NCBI GenBank assembly: GCA_040143965.1
Contig: JASJQH010006881.1
Span: 1 to 61,658, forward strand
DNA: 61,658 nt
Direction: 5' to 3'
From: Basidiobolus ranarum
Taxonomy: Eukaryota
The stretch's first letter is position 1; every line of letters starts with the position of its first letter. Positions 10,307 to 25,007 of the stretch are shown here, in pieces. A program made the translations under genes and the position numbers. The notes under the pieces are model-generated. The model saw only the letters and a program-made list of their open reading frames with translations. It did no database searches and was not told the DNA's origin.

Positions 10307-12526
10307 TTATTCGTTAAGAACTTCTTCAGTTTCTTCGATGACTTCTTCGATCCATTCTTCAATGACTTCAGTATTACTATCTTGGGTAAAGCTAGCTTTA
10401 CCAGAAGCTGCTCTTTCTTGAGCCAACTCTGCTTCAACACGGCTTCTCCAAGTTTGCCATTCTTCAATGAGTTGACGTCTTTGGGCAAGAACGGCTGCGG
10501 AAACGGCACTTTCAGAAGAAAGATCCTCTTGTTCGAAGTCACGAGAGTAGTCCTTCAAATTCTTACGAATCTTCTTCTTCTCGTCAGCAGACAAAAGAGA
10601 TGCAGGACGAGGTCTCCACAAGATTTGCTTGAATTTATCCAAAACCTTCTTATAAAGCATAGTTCCCTTGAAATCCCAAACCATGAAACCATTCTCCATA
10701 GTATGTCTCCACATACTAGCACTGGTGATAACAAATCTACCAGTAGGATCCCATTCAATATCAGTAACACCATAGTGTTCTTGAGTGGCCAAAAGGTTCA
10801 TGTAGGCAGCAGGATCTTGCTTAATACCAGCTTGATCCTTCTTGGTTTCCAAAGGCTCAAAGTCCATATCCCAGAATTCCAAATCCCAGGTAGTTTGGGA
10901 GCGAAGGGTGGCCAAGATAACATTACGTCCACGAGGAGACCAAATAAGAGCGTTGGCGGTTTTGCGCTCGAGGGTCTTAATGAGCTTGAAACCGCCGTTG
11001 GCGAACTTGCCCTTAGCCTTCTCCATAGCATAGAAGCTAGCACTAGTTCTAGGAGTAGTGGCGGTAGTACCAGCACCGGCTTGGTTGACAGCGGTAGTGC
11101 CAGAATCAGCAGTGGTAATGATACCGAAACGAGGTTCAGTAGCAGGTTCCCAGGCGAAGCTAAGAACGGTATCGGGAACTTCAACAACGTCAACGGGGAT
11201 ATCCTTTTCTCCAACACGGAAGACCTCCAGGTTGGTGAAGTTAGATTTCTTAGTCTTGGTATGACGATCAACCTTTACACAAAGATATTTGCCACGGGGA
11301 TGCCAGAACATTTTACATTCGTTAACATTGAACAAATTCTTGGTACGAGCAATTTGACGGCCAGGGAAATTGACAAGGGTAACTCTAGCAGGTTGATTTC
11401 CAATCTCAGGAGTCCAGTAAGAGAGCATATCCTGGCTATCCTTCTTAGTTTTCTCGACGAGAGGGCACCACTCGAAATCCACAACACCATCAACCTTCAT
11501 ACTCTTTTTGTCAACAAGACCCATGGAAGGTGCTTCGTAAATGGAAATCATCTGTCCAGGTGTAACACGACCAAAGTACTTCTCTGAAGGAGACCACTTG
11601 AACATGGGCCAGTTGATCTTAGTAGGACCAGAATTCTCAGAAGCATTAGGTAAGTTAGGGAAAGAGCGGAGAAGGGCACCAGTCTTGATATCCCAAATCA
11701 CAGTATGATTACCCTCATCTTCTGGGCCAAAGGGAAGGGTGTTATTGGGAGAGTCGGATAAAACGATGGGCTCATTACTCCAAGTAACAAGGTATTTCTC
11801 GTTAGGAGAGTAATCAATAAGCTTTACTCCAGGATGAACGAAACGGACAATCTTGCCCCAGCTTTCACCACCCCAAAGAGCGATACCTTGACGATGAACA
11901 GTAGTAAGATAAGTTCCAAGAGGGGACCATTGGACATAGGTTTCAGTCCAGTTGGTTCTGCTGTGAACATGATCGGGAGCTTCAGTCTTTTTGTTCCAGA
12001 AAATGCTGACTTCTTCGCCTCTGTACATAACCCATTGGTCACGAGCTTGGGCATCAGTGAGCCATGAACGGTAGTGCTCTTGTTCAACGAATTCCTCAAC
12101 CTCGGGCTCAACAAACTCTTCACTGACATCAGAGTACTTTTGAATATCTGTAATCTTGTTAACAGCAAGGACGTGAGTCTTATCCATTCGGTAATTATCA
12201 ATATGCTTGATGGCTTGAGCAGCTTGTTCGGCGTTTTCAAATTCTACAAACAAAAAACCCTTGGAAGTAGTCTTGCCAGTCTTTTCATCAGTACTTTTAG
12301 GCATGATGAGGGCACCTTCATTCAAGAGAAGACCAGCAGACTTGAAGATCTTTCTAATGACATTAAGCAACTTTTCCTCTTTTGACTCGTCAACTTTAGG
12401 AACATTGTCAACGATGACTATGTTGTCAAAGCCTTTTTCTTCGGGTAAAGCATGCTTAGCTTCAATGTCAGAAAAATCAATGTCTTCTTCGGTCAAGGGA
12501 AGATTTTTAAAATCAATAGCGGGCAT
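10307..12526 (-). CDS. PRT1: Translation initiation factor eIF3 subunit B
   Basis: N-terminal RRM (KGFLFVEF), WTETYVQWSPLGTYL, WD-propeller, WDPTGRF...WRPRP. 739-aa uninterrupted ORF. Confidence 0.96.
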   Translation of the reverse strand: MPAIDFKNLPLTEEDIDFSDIEAKHALPEEKGFDNIVIVDNVPKVDESKEEKLLNVIRKIFKSAGLLLNEGALIMPKSTDEKTGKTTSKGFLFVEFENAEQAAQAIKHIDNYRMDKTHVLAVNKITDIQKYSDVSEEFVEPEVEEFVEQEHYRSWLTDAQARDQWVMYRGEEVSIFWNKKTEAPDHVHSRTNWTETYVQWSPLGTYLTTVHRQGIALWGGESWGKIVRFVHPGVKLIDYSPNEKYLVTWSNEPIVLSDSPNNTLPFGPEDEGNHTVIWDIKTGALLRSFPNLPNASENSGPTKINWPMFKWSPSEKYFGRVTPGQMISIYEAPSMGLVDKKSMKVDGVVDFEWCPLVEKTKKDSQDMLSYWTPEIGNQPARVTLVNFPGRQIARTKNLFNVNECKMFWHPRGKYLCVKVDRHTKTKKSNFTNLEVFRVGEKDIPVDVVEVPDTVLSFAWEPATEPRFGIITTADSGTTAVNQAGAGTTATTPRTSASFYAMEKAKGKFANGGFKLIKTLERKTANALIWSPRGRNVILATLRSQTTWDLEFWDMDFEPLETKKDQAGIKQDPAAYMNLLATQEHYGVTDIEWDPTGRFVITSASMWRHTMENGFMVWDFKGTMLYKKVLDKFKQILWRPRPASLLSADEKKKIRKNLKDYSRDFEQEDLSSESAVSAAVLAQRRQLIEEWQTWRSRVEAELAQERAASGKASFTQDSNTEVIEEWIEEVIEETEEVLNE

Positions 12527-13649
12527 GTTGCAAATCTATGCGTTGGATATGAAATAAAAATATGTAAAAATGATATCAACAAAAAAGTCTAGTGTAAAGC
12601 TTGGACTCTACAAAAAAACAAGAAAATTTTGTATCCGGGGACAACTGTTTAGTTAGCCTTCAATAAAAGCGCAGTGATACGTGAAGGATGGCTGTCGTAG
12701 GGAAAACAACACACACACAATCCAAGTCAAAGACAAACCGCCGGGAATTATTTTTTTCGATGTATCTCTGAAGTGTTAGTGGCCAGGCGAAAGTTTTTTT
12801 TTGAATTTTTTTTCCTTACAGGTTAATCTTCATCAAGGCATATCATTCGTCCATGGATTGAGATATAATTTCCATATATCATATGTAATCATTTTTTCAT
12901 TAGCCATTTCGAGATTCAGTTAAATTTTGGCATTCATTAACTAATTATCATAAGTTCTGATTTAGAATCCAAATTTCTTGATCGATGTGTTCAAAATAAA
13001 AAAAATAGCATGCTATATTTTACATCTTTGTTTTGTATAATGCTGTAATAATCAATGTCCTCTCCAAAACTCGTATTTAAGCAGTTTATGCATCAAGCTG
13101 ACTAAATGGCAGTTTATCAGTCGTGCAACCCACGCTCTCTATTAAAATTTAATTGCATACTAGTAATATCTATATTTAAATATAACGGCTATCCCGGATT
13201 GGCCAATATAGATAATTAACAGTGTGACGGTTGTATTTTATTGTCTCGATCTCCCATTAGTTACCGTTCAAGAATCAAGTAGATTCATGTATGTATGTGG
13301 GAGGCTCACTAAAAATAAATGAAGCCAACGACTCAATATAAGATATGTACACACATGTGTAGCTCAAGTGGCTTCCGATATTCCCAACTCGGTACCTAAT
13401 TTTAAATATCATGCAGTTTCCAAACCTTAAATGCAGATTTAATTGCTGCAGCCATTTCGCAGCTGATCTTATGTCTGCACTTCAACTGAACTTATCCTTC
13501 CCCTATTATCTGTTCATACTTCATCACCTGCCTTAACTTTAAACTGAACCAAATTAACTAACCCTTAGGTTTACTCGTAACTGGAAGGATAACCACTTCT
13601 TTTTCTCGTAGAGTTGTGAAGTTTAGATATTTAATATTGGAGTATAGCT

Positions 13650-15692
13650 ATGTTGGACCGTCTCACAGATTTGGATGACCATGAATTAGATGAGCAGGCT
13701 GCCATCTTTTTGCATAGTAAGAACCCCAAAAGGTTTTCCTTAGTACTGTTTGTCTCTCTATCCTGAGCATCGTAGATAACATTGAATATAATAGAACATC
13801 TCCTTTACAGTCTGCCCAACCTTTACAAACAAAGTCCTTGACAGTAAATGCAAAGCACAACCCAAATAGTGATGTGGAAAGTGTTGCCACTTCCTACGAA
13901 GATAAAAATGGGTTGAAAATCCGTATATTTAGTGAGCCCATGATTGGTGATAAAAAGGGGGGAATCAAAACTAAAGCCTCCGTTAATACTTTACAACCGC
14001 GTGAGTTGAGTATAGAAAGAGTCGACGCTTCAGATAATAATATGCGTGGCTCTTTACGAGGTAAAAAACCCCTGATGGTAAGGTTCTATACAATTCACCA
14101 AGATTCTTCGTGCTAATAGAGCAATCATCTATCACAGTTAGATGACAATGGATCAATGGGTGGGAAAAGCCGAGGAAAGAAGAAGCAGCGTCCACCTTTA
14201 AACTACAGCGATCGTAAAACGTCCGCCCTCTTCCCAGGTAATTTGGGTGCTCGTATGACTGTCTATATTAGTGACGTTGGAGGTATATAATTTCAGAATT
14301 TTATGCCATCAATAATTGTAGTCGAACTGATGGAGTGTCCTCAAATAGATGAATCAGATGAAGAATTTGTTTATCCCAAGTCTCGTAGAGTCGCTAACCG
14401 TAAAAGCGCACATTTCCGTGGTCGATTAGACCCTAAGTCTCCTGTTGATTCGCCTCTCTTTTCCCCACGTACACCTATGCCGACTCAAAATGATTCCCCT
14501 TTTGTATCGGATGCGGAGTATTTCAAATCTGGAGATTATGGTGGAGTGGGATGTTCAAATCAGTTTTACGATTCTGGATCTAGTGTTGAATCGGAGGTTG
14601 ATGATGGTTATTTTTCTTCCAAGTGGAAGAGTGATGGTAGAGGTGGCAAATCCCCAATTGGTTCTCCTCATCATCGCTATAAGCCCATGACACCTGGTAA
14701 AGAATTTTCACGACGAGCTCAGGGTCATGCATCACCCTCTCATCAAGCTGGAAGAATACAATCAGATATTGATGAGACCTTACCTTTATTCTGGAAAATG
14801 AATCCATCAGAAGCAAAAAGAAGGAGAAAGAGGTAATTCCCCCTAAGCATTTCTCAATCTGACGTTACTAAAGTAATCTGGCCATGTAATTAGAAATCGA
14901 AAAAGACAAAACTCTTTACTTGGAACATTATCATTCATTCTACTCGGAGTGATATGTTGCTTCACGTACGCATTTTCCACCATCCCGTTATCAGATGTAT
15001 CTCTAATAGGAGTAACTAATGTCCTTGCTGCCGAGAAAGAGCTTGTATTTGATGCTCACATGAAGGGAAAGAATTTGAATATCTGGACCGTGGAGATTTC
15101 TACTGTTGATATCGGAATCTTTGCCACTCCAATAAAAAGTAGCAATTCTTCAAGGAGAAACGATGAAAAGATGGCGAATCGGGTGGATACTGCGTCGCAG
15201 GAAAAAAGAGGTTAAAAGCATTGATATTAAAGTACGCCTGGCGCAACACATTTACCAACATTGTCATATAGGCACTGGTCCTGCCGAGTATCTTGGGAAT
15301 TTAGATCATCTTGACGAGCCCATGATTTTTAACCGAGGAAATGGCTTAAGTGGTACTTCAAACAGTGTGGCTGCTCAAATCCGACTCAGAAATCCTGGGG
15401 GAGTTGCCGACGAAGCAGATAATAGATGGTTACAGTCATTGCTTTGATGATCTTTTCCTGTAGTGTTATTGACATTTTTGATGATTTAAGGTATCAGATC
15501 CTCCGTCACCCATATGAACTAACCATTCGCGGGGTTCTGAAATACAAACTGTTCTTCAAATCTTACGCCATCCGAGTATGTGCAATTCAAGGCATAGATC
15601 CTACAGGAGATGGAGTTAAGTATGATCCTTTGGTAGTATGCGATCGGGAGAATTGGGATCCTCGAGACTTTCCCAAATTCGGGAACAGCTGA
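13650..15692 (+). CDS. VAC7: Vacuolar segregation protein Vac7-like, multi-exon
   Basis: Disordered N-terminus, one TM helix, then VTNVLAAEKELVFD...YLGNLDHLDEPMIF...QIRLRNPG...RW-YQILRHPYELTIRGVLKY, matching the Vac7 luminal domain as I recall it. Confidence 0.72.
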
Positions 15693-16642
15693 TTCCACGA
15701 TAGCCGTTCTCTGCCCCACAAATAATTGCTACAGCTAAATCAATGCCTCGTGTATTTGAGTTTCCCATCCAACTTCCAATTTACCATTCGTCCCTATGTA
15801 TTGTATATGGGTGTTTATGAACAGCGCGGCTAACTTACTATTTAATCCCGATTTTAGAAAATAACCCAAATCATTAAATGTGCTAAGTTCTTAGAGTAAT
15901 TGTTTGTTGCGCAATTCAGAGTAATCGTGCTGACTAGCACACTAGTAATACTGAGTTGGTATGACCAATTCCGTTGTAGTTCTTACTGAGTCTAGAGATG
16001 TACCATAGTAGCTTATAAATACTGGGCTTGGGAAGCATTGAAGATATCTAGTAATAGTTTAGAAAAACCACTCATGTGCATTGACTCATGTTAAACCATT
16101 TCCAAGGACGTGGAGAATGAAGCTTTAATTACGAATACGACGTCGTGGTTATTGTATATAATAAACTGTTCAAGTAACTGTTGGAATCTAAAGAAACCTT
16201 CGTTTGCATACACTCATTACACGAAGTCAGTATAGTATATGCATACTGAGATACATAAATATCAATTACAGTACGAATCTGATTATTCTTTCTGATCATT
16301 TCCCCATAATTTTCGGAACAGTGACAACTTTTGGAGCCAAATGTGATATTATTATGGTAAATGGGTGGACGTAGATTTGAATTGAAATTTTACGCTAAAA
16401 ATGTAAACATATAACAACAAAACAGTAAACAATTCGAATCAACTATGAGGGCTCAATAGCATTTAGACTTTATCACTTACTAGCAACTCTTGTAGCAACG
16501 TTCTTGTATATTCGTGTATTTAATAGTTATCATTGTGTGATCTTTGAATTTCCCTAGCCTTATATACACACACACGCATATATATATTGTCACTGTGCGT
16601 TCCTCCAGGTTAACATATCTAGCCCATTAAAACATACACCGA

Positions 16643-19600
16643 ATGGGAGCTAATAACTATCGAAAAACATTCGGTTCAGGACCGGGAAAAAAGAAATTCT
16701 TCCGACAGAATGATCAATCAAATCCGAAGTTTTCTTCTGGAAACAGTGCTCCTCAAGGCTCCACAGAAGTCGACTTGGAAATGTCTAGTCTAGGCAATAG
16801 ATTCGAGGAGATAAAAAAAGTAGATGCATTAGACGAAAAGATGGGCTTTTATAGATATCAAGAGGGCCCAGAGAAACTTGGTTGGCTTCTTAACATGCAT
16901 GCGGTTTGTTTGCTTTTATATGAAAGAAACTAGTTGGTTTTATAGGTTCTATGTTCTAATTCACTTTTGAACAACCAGACTTTAGTTAAAGACGCGGACC
17001 ATCCTACCGGACTTGCGGGTGTGGATTTGTATTTCTTGGAAGAGGATGGAAATTCTTTCAAAAGTACTGTTATATACAGCCCATATTTTATAATCGGATG
17101 CAAGGTACAGTATACATCCACTTTTATTTTGGTTTGATTGTTGACTCATCCTGTTACGTATAGCCGGATACTGAGGGTGAAGTAGAGGAATTTCTAAGGC
17201 GAAAGTTTGAAAATATCGTAGAGAAAGTCCAACGAGTACAGAAACAGGATTTGCATCAGGTATGCTTTGGGTTTTGATTGATCTTGCCAGAGTTGAAGAG
17301 ATATTCATTGAAATGATTTAGCCAAATCATCTTCTAGGACTCAGAAAAACTTATCTCAAATTGTCATTTCGTAACGTTCAAGACTTGTTAAGCGTTCGAA
17401 AATTCGTACTACCAATAATCAAAAAAAATCAAGAAACGAACACTGCAACCGATATTTACAGTGAAATCAACAAGTACATACCTTTTGTTTCAAGCCAAAT
17501 GTTTAATATTTGATTGACTCACATTCATATTTAGAGCCAAAAATGTTGTTGCTTATGAGGAACTTGGGGCGGAACCCATGGGTGGAAATAGGGAGGTGAT
17601 GGATAATGTCATGGATATTCGTGAATATGATATCCCCTACTACTTACGAGTAGCTATAGACAATGGTAATATAGTGGCCAATATATTATTCTTCAACCAA
17701 GCAACTTACTAACTCGATATGTGCAACAGATATCCGAGTAGGTTTATGGTATAGTGTTAAAGCCAATTCCGGGAAGATCACGATCAAAAGACGATTCGAC
17801 AAAGTCAAGCGTGCGGAACCTGTTGTGTTAGCTTATGATATTGAAACTACAAAGCTTCCGTTGAAATTCCCAGATGCCGCTATAGATTCAATTATGATGA
17901 TTTCATATATGGTTGATGGACAGGTAAATTGTTGAATACTTTCTTTTATTACTCCATGTATTAACGTTCTTCTAGGGTTATTTAATCACAAACAGAGATA
18001 TTATTTCTAAAGACATTGACGATTTCGAATATACACCTAAGCCTGAATTTGAAGGGCCTTTCATAATCTTCAATGAGGCTAATGAGGTATGGATTGTGTT
18101 TCTTTTGAGCTTTCACCGTTGGACATTGAACTAAGTCATTCTCCAGGAAGCACTTATCAGACGCTTTTTCGAGCACATTCAAGAGATCAAGCCGACTGTA
18201 TTTGTAACTTATAACGGTGATTTTTTCGATTGGCCCTTTGTGGAAACTAGAGCGCTTGCCAATGGAATCTCTATGTATGAGGTAATGGAAGTCAAGAGAG
18301 AATCTTCATGTAACCCATTTTAACAGGTTTTGATGTATTTAGGAAATTGGATTTGCAAAAGATGATCAGGATGAGTATAAATCTAAATATGCGATTCATA
18401 TGGATGCGCTAAGATGGGTTAAGCGTGATAGTTACTTGCCCGTAGGAAGTCAAGGCTTGAAAGCCGTCACCACTTCTAAACTTGGGTATAATCCGGTCGA
18501 GGTTGACCCTGAAGATATGACACGCTTCGCATCCGAACATCCACAGACGTTATCAGAATACTCCGTTTCCGACGCTGTAGCTACTTATTATTTATACATG
18601 AAATACGTGCATCCTTTCATCTTCTCTTTATGCAATATCATTCCACTCAATCCTGATGAAGTACTCAGAAAGGGAACGGGTACTCTTTGCGAAGTCTTGC
18701 TAATGGTAATGGTTCTTCTTCGTATCCAAGCTTATTCAGGGCATCTTTTAAATGAATTCTGAATGATTTTCAGGTTGAAGCTCATCAAGGAGATATCATC
18801 ATGCCAAATAAGCATGTTGACAAGCTAGAGAAGTTTTACGAGAGTCACTTGATTGAGAGTGAAACATATGTTGGTGGTCACGTAGAAGCTCTTGAGGCTG
18901 GTGTTTTCCGTAGTGACATTCCAGTGAACTTTAAAGTTGTAACTGAGGCCATTGATAAGGTCGGTGTTTCACTTTTTATGTGAAGATGCTGTGCTTTTCC
19001 TTAATTTTCTTTCACTTTATAGCTGGTGGATGAGTTGGATGCTGCGCTAAAGTTCAGTATCCAAGTAGAGGGGAACCTTTCCTTGGATCAAGTTACAAAT
19101 TATGATGAGGTAAAGGGCTTTCACATAATTAGTCGACTATTCTGTCCTTGCTAATATTAGGAATGATAACATAGGTTCGTCAAAGCATCGTTGAGAAATT
19201 AAACGACCTTAAGAAAAATCCTTCACGTTATGAGACTCCGTTGATTTATCACTTGGATGTTGCTGCTATGTACCCTAACATCATTTTGACGAACAGACTT
19301 CAACCTGATGCCATCATTGACGAAGGTACTTGCGCATCCTGTGATTTTAATCAGCCTGGTAAAGATTGCGATCGGAGATTGACATGGTCATGGAGAGGAG
19401 AGTACTTTCCTGCTAAAAGAAGTGAAATCAACATGATCAAGAATCAACTGGAATGCGAAACATTCCCCTGGCCAACACCAAATCATGCCCCTAGGGCATA
19501 CAACCGGCTTCCACTTTCTGAGCAGAATGTCTTGCTCCGAAAGCGTGTGAAAGAGTATTGTAAAAAGGTTTATAAAAAGATGCATGTAACGATGGTTGTC

Positions 19601-22600
19601 GAAAAAGAGGCCATCATTTGTCAAAGAGAAAATCCATTCTACGTCAATACTGTTAGAAGTTTTCGTGACAGAAGATACGAGTACAAAGGCCTTCACAAAA
19701 CCTGGAAAAATAACTTGGATAAATCGGAAAATCTCACGGAAGCCGATGAGGCCAAAAAGATGATCGTACTGTACGACTCACTGCAACTTGCCCACAAATG
19801 TATTCTTAACTCTTTTTACGGGTACGTTATGAGAAAAGGCTCACGTTGGTATTCCATGGAAATGGCTGGCGTGGTATGTCTTACAGGCGCAAAGATCATT
19901 CAAATGGCTCGTCAATTGGTCGAACAAATCGGCAGACCATTAGAATTGGATACTGATGGTATTTGGTGCATTCTCCCTAGTACATTTCCTGAGAATTTCA
20001 CATTCAAACTTACAAATGGTAAAAAGTTCCCGATCTCGTATCCTTGCGTCATGTTGAATCATCTGGTCCACGATCGCTTCACCAACGACCAGTACCAAGA
20101 GTTGACTAACCCCGACACATTCGAGTATTCCGTTAGAAACGAAAACAGTATCTTTTTCGAAGTTGATGGGCCCTATCGTGCCATGATTCTGCCATCATCC
20201 AAAGAGGAGGACAAACTACTCAAGAAACGTTATGCCGTATTCAATGACGATGGTTCGTTGGCCGAGTTGAAAGGATTTGAAGTGAAAAGAAGAGGTGAAC
20301 TGAAATTGATTAAAATCTTCCAGTCTCAAATTTTCAAGATTTTCTTGGAAGGCACGACCCTTCAAGAATGTTATGGAGCCGTCGCTAAAGTGGCTGATCA
20401 ATGGCTTGACGTGTTGTATAGCAAAGCAGCTACTCTGGGAGATGACGAGTTATTTGAGCTCATTGCTGAGAACAGAAGCATGTCTAAAACTCTCGAAGAC
20501 TATGGTGACCAGAAATCTACCTCGATTAGTACAGCAAAACGTCTGGCTGAGTTCTTGGGTGATCAGATGGTCAAGGATAAAGGTTTGGCCTGCCAGTTTA
20601 TCATTTCTGAAAAACCGCTTGGATTATCTGTTTCTGAAAGAGCCATTCCTATTGCCATTTTCTCTGCTGAAGCTTCTGTCAAAAAGCATTACATAAGAAA
20701 ATGGCTTAAAGACAACTCTCTTCAGGACTTTGATATCCGAAGCATCTTGGATTGGTCTTATTATTTAGATCGATTCGCTTCTGTGGTTCAAAAGTTGATT
20801 ACCATCCCAGCTGCCATGCAAAAAGTCACCAACCCTGTTCCACGTGTCCGCCATCCAGAATGGTTGCTTAGAAGAGTTGCTGCCAAGGATGATATCTACA
20901 AGCAGAATCGTATCACCGATTCATTTAAAGTAATCCCTAAACCGGCTATGGTTGAGGATATGGAGGACTTTGGAGGGTCAGAGTCTACCAAATTCAAGAA
21001 ATCTATTGCAATTGTGACCAAGAATAGACACAAGGCTACCAGCCTCACCACTAAACTGAGCGAAATCGCTAGTGATGATTTGGAGGAGGAAGCAGAGCCG
21101 GATGGTCCAGTACCTGATATGAACATTGACTACGAGGGTTGGCTAGATTATCAAAAGAAAAAATGGAAGTGGCAAAGAAACAAAAAGAGAAAGCAACACC
21201 AAAACTCTGAAGTCAGCGGCCCTCTCTCTAAAGTCCATAAAGGTGGATTGCTCCGTGATTTCTTGATTGACGAAAAGAAAGAACAGCAGAGTAACACCTG
21301 GGAAGTCTTGCAGATTACTGAAACGGAAACACCTGGTGAGTTTCGCCTTTGGATTCTTGTTAACAAGCGCATGCAGCCTATTCGCATTAAAGTCCCACGA
21401 GTATTCTATGTCAACAGTCAAGTTGACATAGATAACTACGGTGATTTGCCCGACGGCTCTTATAGATGTACACGCAGTTATAGCATTCTACCCAGAGCTC
21501 ATCACAGGAAATATCTTTACGAATTTGACATGGAGGAAAAGTTCTATCGAAACAACACTAAAGCGATGCATATTTTCTTTAGTCACCCTTCTATTGAGGG
21601 AGTCTATGAAACTCAAGTCCCTATGGTTTTAAGGGTTCTACTCCATTTAGGAATTGTTTGTAACATCAAAGATTCCGAACGAAGTGTGCAAAGCGAGAAG
21701 AGTCTCTATGACTTGTATCAAATACAAAGTCAAGTAAACCCTGATTACACTTACCTTGGCTCTAATGACTACCTGAATTATCTGTATATCTACCACGCCA
21801 ACTCCGACAGTCGTCATTTGTTTGCCATCTTTTCCACCGTAACAAATAAGGTTACTCTCTTTGTAGTGGATGGCGCTGCTAGACAGCACCAAATCCCTAA
21901 TCTGGCTAAACTATACGGAGATCGTCTCACACAACGTCTGCAGAAGGACGCCAACTTGATGGATGGCGCTTTCAAATACCACGACGATCTTGTGTTTAGT
22001 GTCAACACTTTCCCTGGAGAATCAGAAGCGTATCAAGCTATTCAAAAAGCATTGGTTCAATACTCGACCGAACACCGTGGCTCCACTATGATTGCTCTTC
22101 ATTCCCCCATGCAATACAAAACTTTGAATGAGAAAATTAGGGCACTATCCGATTTCCCTCATGTGTGCATTCCTTCTCATAAAAAAGACAACATTTTCCC
22201 TGTCCTTGACTGGCAACGACATGCCGCTCGAAGAATGGTCGCCCATTACCTCAATGTCTCCAGCTGGCTTAATGAACGCATTTCTTTAGCTAGATATGCA
22301 AACATTCCTCTTGGTAACATAGAAATGGATGCACCGATCTTCCTTTCGGACGTGTTTTTCGCTCGTCGATTAAAAGAAAGTGGTTTTGTATTGTGGTGGT
22401 CACCTTCAGCTAAGCCAGACTTGGGTGGAAAAGAACAGGATGAAAATCTTTACACTTTAGATGAGATTGTCAACCCAGAAATCAACAACTCGGGTGCTTT
22501 CAACTCTGTGTGTATCGAAGCAGACATTAGAAATCTTGCGGTAAACACAGTTCTACAATCTGGACTCATCAATGAGCTGGAAGGAAGTATGGGTGTAACT

Positions 22601-24007
22601 GGCTTTGACTCAGTCGCACATTCTCTCAATGAGCACATGGCTGGAGACGTTGAATCTACTGTATCTTATGGAGATGGTTATATTTCAGGGCAAACCTTTG
22701 GCATGCTAAAGGCTATGATCAAAGGATGGTGTCGAGAATTTGCGGAAACAAACAATCGCTTTGCCAATATGATGATTCTTCATTTCTATCGTTGGGTTAT
22801 GAACACTGGCTCTAAATTGCATGATCCCTGTTTGTACGGACTCATCCACAAAATGATGCAAAAAGTGTTTGTTCAATTGACGGGAGAATTTAAACGATTA
22901 GGCTCTAAGATTGTTTACGCTAGTCTATCTAAAGTCATTCTTGCCACTCCGAAAACATCCATGGGAAGCGCAACGATGTATGGAAGCTACATTTTCAATG
23001 CGATCCGTCAAAAGCCACTGTTTCAAGATCTAGATTTCGACTCGTTACAGTTTTGGGAAAGTGTTCTTTGGATGGACTCTGCTAATTATGGTGGCATCAT
23101 ATCTTCGACCGAGATCGGCTCTAGTGCTGGCGGAGAACCCAGCGTGGAGATGCACTGGAATATGAGGGATTATCTCCCTACTTCAATTCAAGAAAAATTC
23201 CAGATTGTTATTGCCGAGTTTATCTATGAATGTCATAAACATCGAACCGAAAAGCGCAAAGATAACAAAACAGTAGCGTACATTGTAGGTAGCGATGTTG
23301 ATACTGATTTTAAGAAGAAATTTATTAGTCATTATTTCACAAGACGCCTACTTCGAATGGTACCCGAAATAGTGGAGATATTTGAAAATTTTAAAGCTAC
23401 TAATGGTGGTCAAGATCCTTTCCCACAACTACCTGGCTCGTACATCAAACTCAACAACCCGGCACTTGAATTTATCAAATATGTATGCCAGATCTTTGGT
23501 CTAGACGAAGACATTGAGCGAGAAGTTCGTATTCTTCGCAGAAACTTACTCGACCTCATTGGTGTCAAAGAGTTTAGCGCTGAAGCACAATTCCAAAACC
23601 CTTGTGAATCTTACAAATTAATGCAGTTTATTTGTGACTATTGCAATCATTGCAGAGATCTCGATTTTTGTCGAGATCCAGACTTGTTACCTGTAGATGG
23701 TGTACCTCATCCTTGGCTTTGTCCCGGTTGTAGACAAGAATATGACAAGTCAGTCATTGAAGATGCACTTGTGGAAAATATTCAACGTAAAACTACTGCT
23801 TATCAGCTACAAGATCTCAAGTGTTCAAAATGTCGTTTGGTCAAAGCCGAAAATTTGACAGAGTACTGTCAATGTTCGGGTAATTTCGTTCTCACACAAT
23901 CACGTAAAGAACTCAACAAACAACTGACTGTACTAAAGAACATCGCGAAACTTCACCATCTGGAATTCTTGAGAGGAGTAGTGGAATGGTTACTTAGTAA
24001 ACAATAG
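16643..24007 (+). CDS. POL2: DNA polymerase epsilon catalytic subunit A, ~12 exons
   Basis: Exo motif [14 protein letters not shown]; pol motifs [30 protein letters not shown]-terminal CysA/CysB clusters. Confidence 0.98.
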
Positions 24008-24331
24008 TTTCTTGGCTTCTGTTTAATCTCTTTATTTTTATTTATTTTTCGTAAAGCGCTACAATTTCACTACTGCTGGAGCAGTTAACCATCACTTGTG
24101 TATAGGACTGCAATATCTATAGAACACTAATAATAAATCAATTCTTGTTAAACATAGGTTCGCTATTAAAGAGTCACATTTATCCCTAGTATAAAAAACC
24201 CAAACTTTTCCAGTGGTGATTTTCCTATAATAGTAGTCAAGCATCACACATGAAACGATAAAAAATTCACCCAACCTAATCTCCCCCTTATCCTTGTCTT
24301 CCTCTTCTTTTATTTTCTCTTCCCAGTATAA

Positions 24332-24685
24332 ATGTCTAACCCTGATGAAGATTCCAGCCATTGCGTCATCTCAGAGCTAACTCAGTATCAATGCGAACTT
24401 AGTCAAAAGCAAATCGTATGCAATCCATTTGTCCGCATGTTTAAAAAGTATGTATTTATCTTATCCATTCTTACACCACTCGCATATAATAATCAAATAT
24501 CAGATGCCCTGGCTTTTCAAGCATTGAGATTACCCCTGTTAGTCATGAGGATTCCATTGGCTTAGAGTAAGTGACTTTCTATGGGAAAAATGATAACGCT
24601 CTCATCATTAATAATGGATCTTTTTAGTGGCGATGTTCCCCCTCAAATTCACACGAAACCCAAATGGCCAAAGATGAAATATTGA
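24332..24685 (+). CDS. SOM1: Mitochondrial inner-membrane peptidase accessory protein Som1-like, 3 exons
   Basis: Spliced: MSNPDEDSSHCVISELTQYQCELSQKQIVCNPFVRMFK-RCPGFSSIEITP... with the C..EL.QY.C...C.PF.R.F.RC pattern. Confidence 0.65.
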
Positions 24686-25007
24686 TTGGAGTGTATGTTA
24701 GGTTTCTTTGAATAAATCAGACATACAAGTAGTTAAGATTGGATTTTAATAAGAATCAATAGACATAGCAAGTGAACGAATATAGATATAGCAACAAATA
24801 TGGACATTCTCTAAATATGTCCTATCGAATGACTAGAAGGAGATATTAACATATTAGTGTACGTAAAACATGTAATAATGGCTATATACATAATATACAA
24901 CATTTGACACATTCATAGACTTTCACTAAAAATATGCTTCCTTCCTGGAGCATTGATTATAACCGCTTATCACATCAACTCAATGCTGCTCAAGCCAAGT
25001 TGGGCCT

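Noticed and set aside
10382-11587. 401-aa antisense ORF
   Set aside because: Shadow of the codon-biased eIF3b gene; no recognisable motifs. The same applies to the short antisense ORFs in cyclin B, POL2, DIS3L2 and SEC31.
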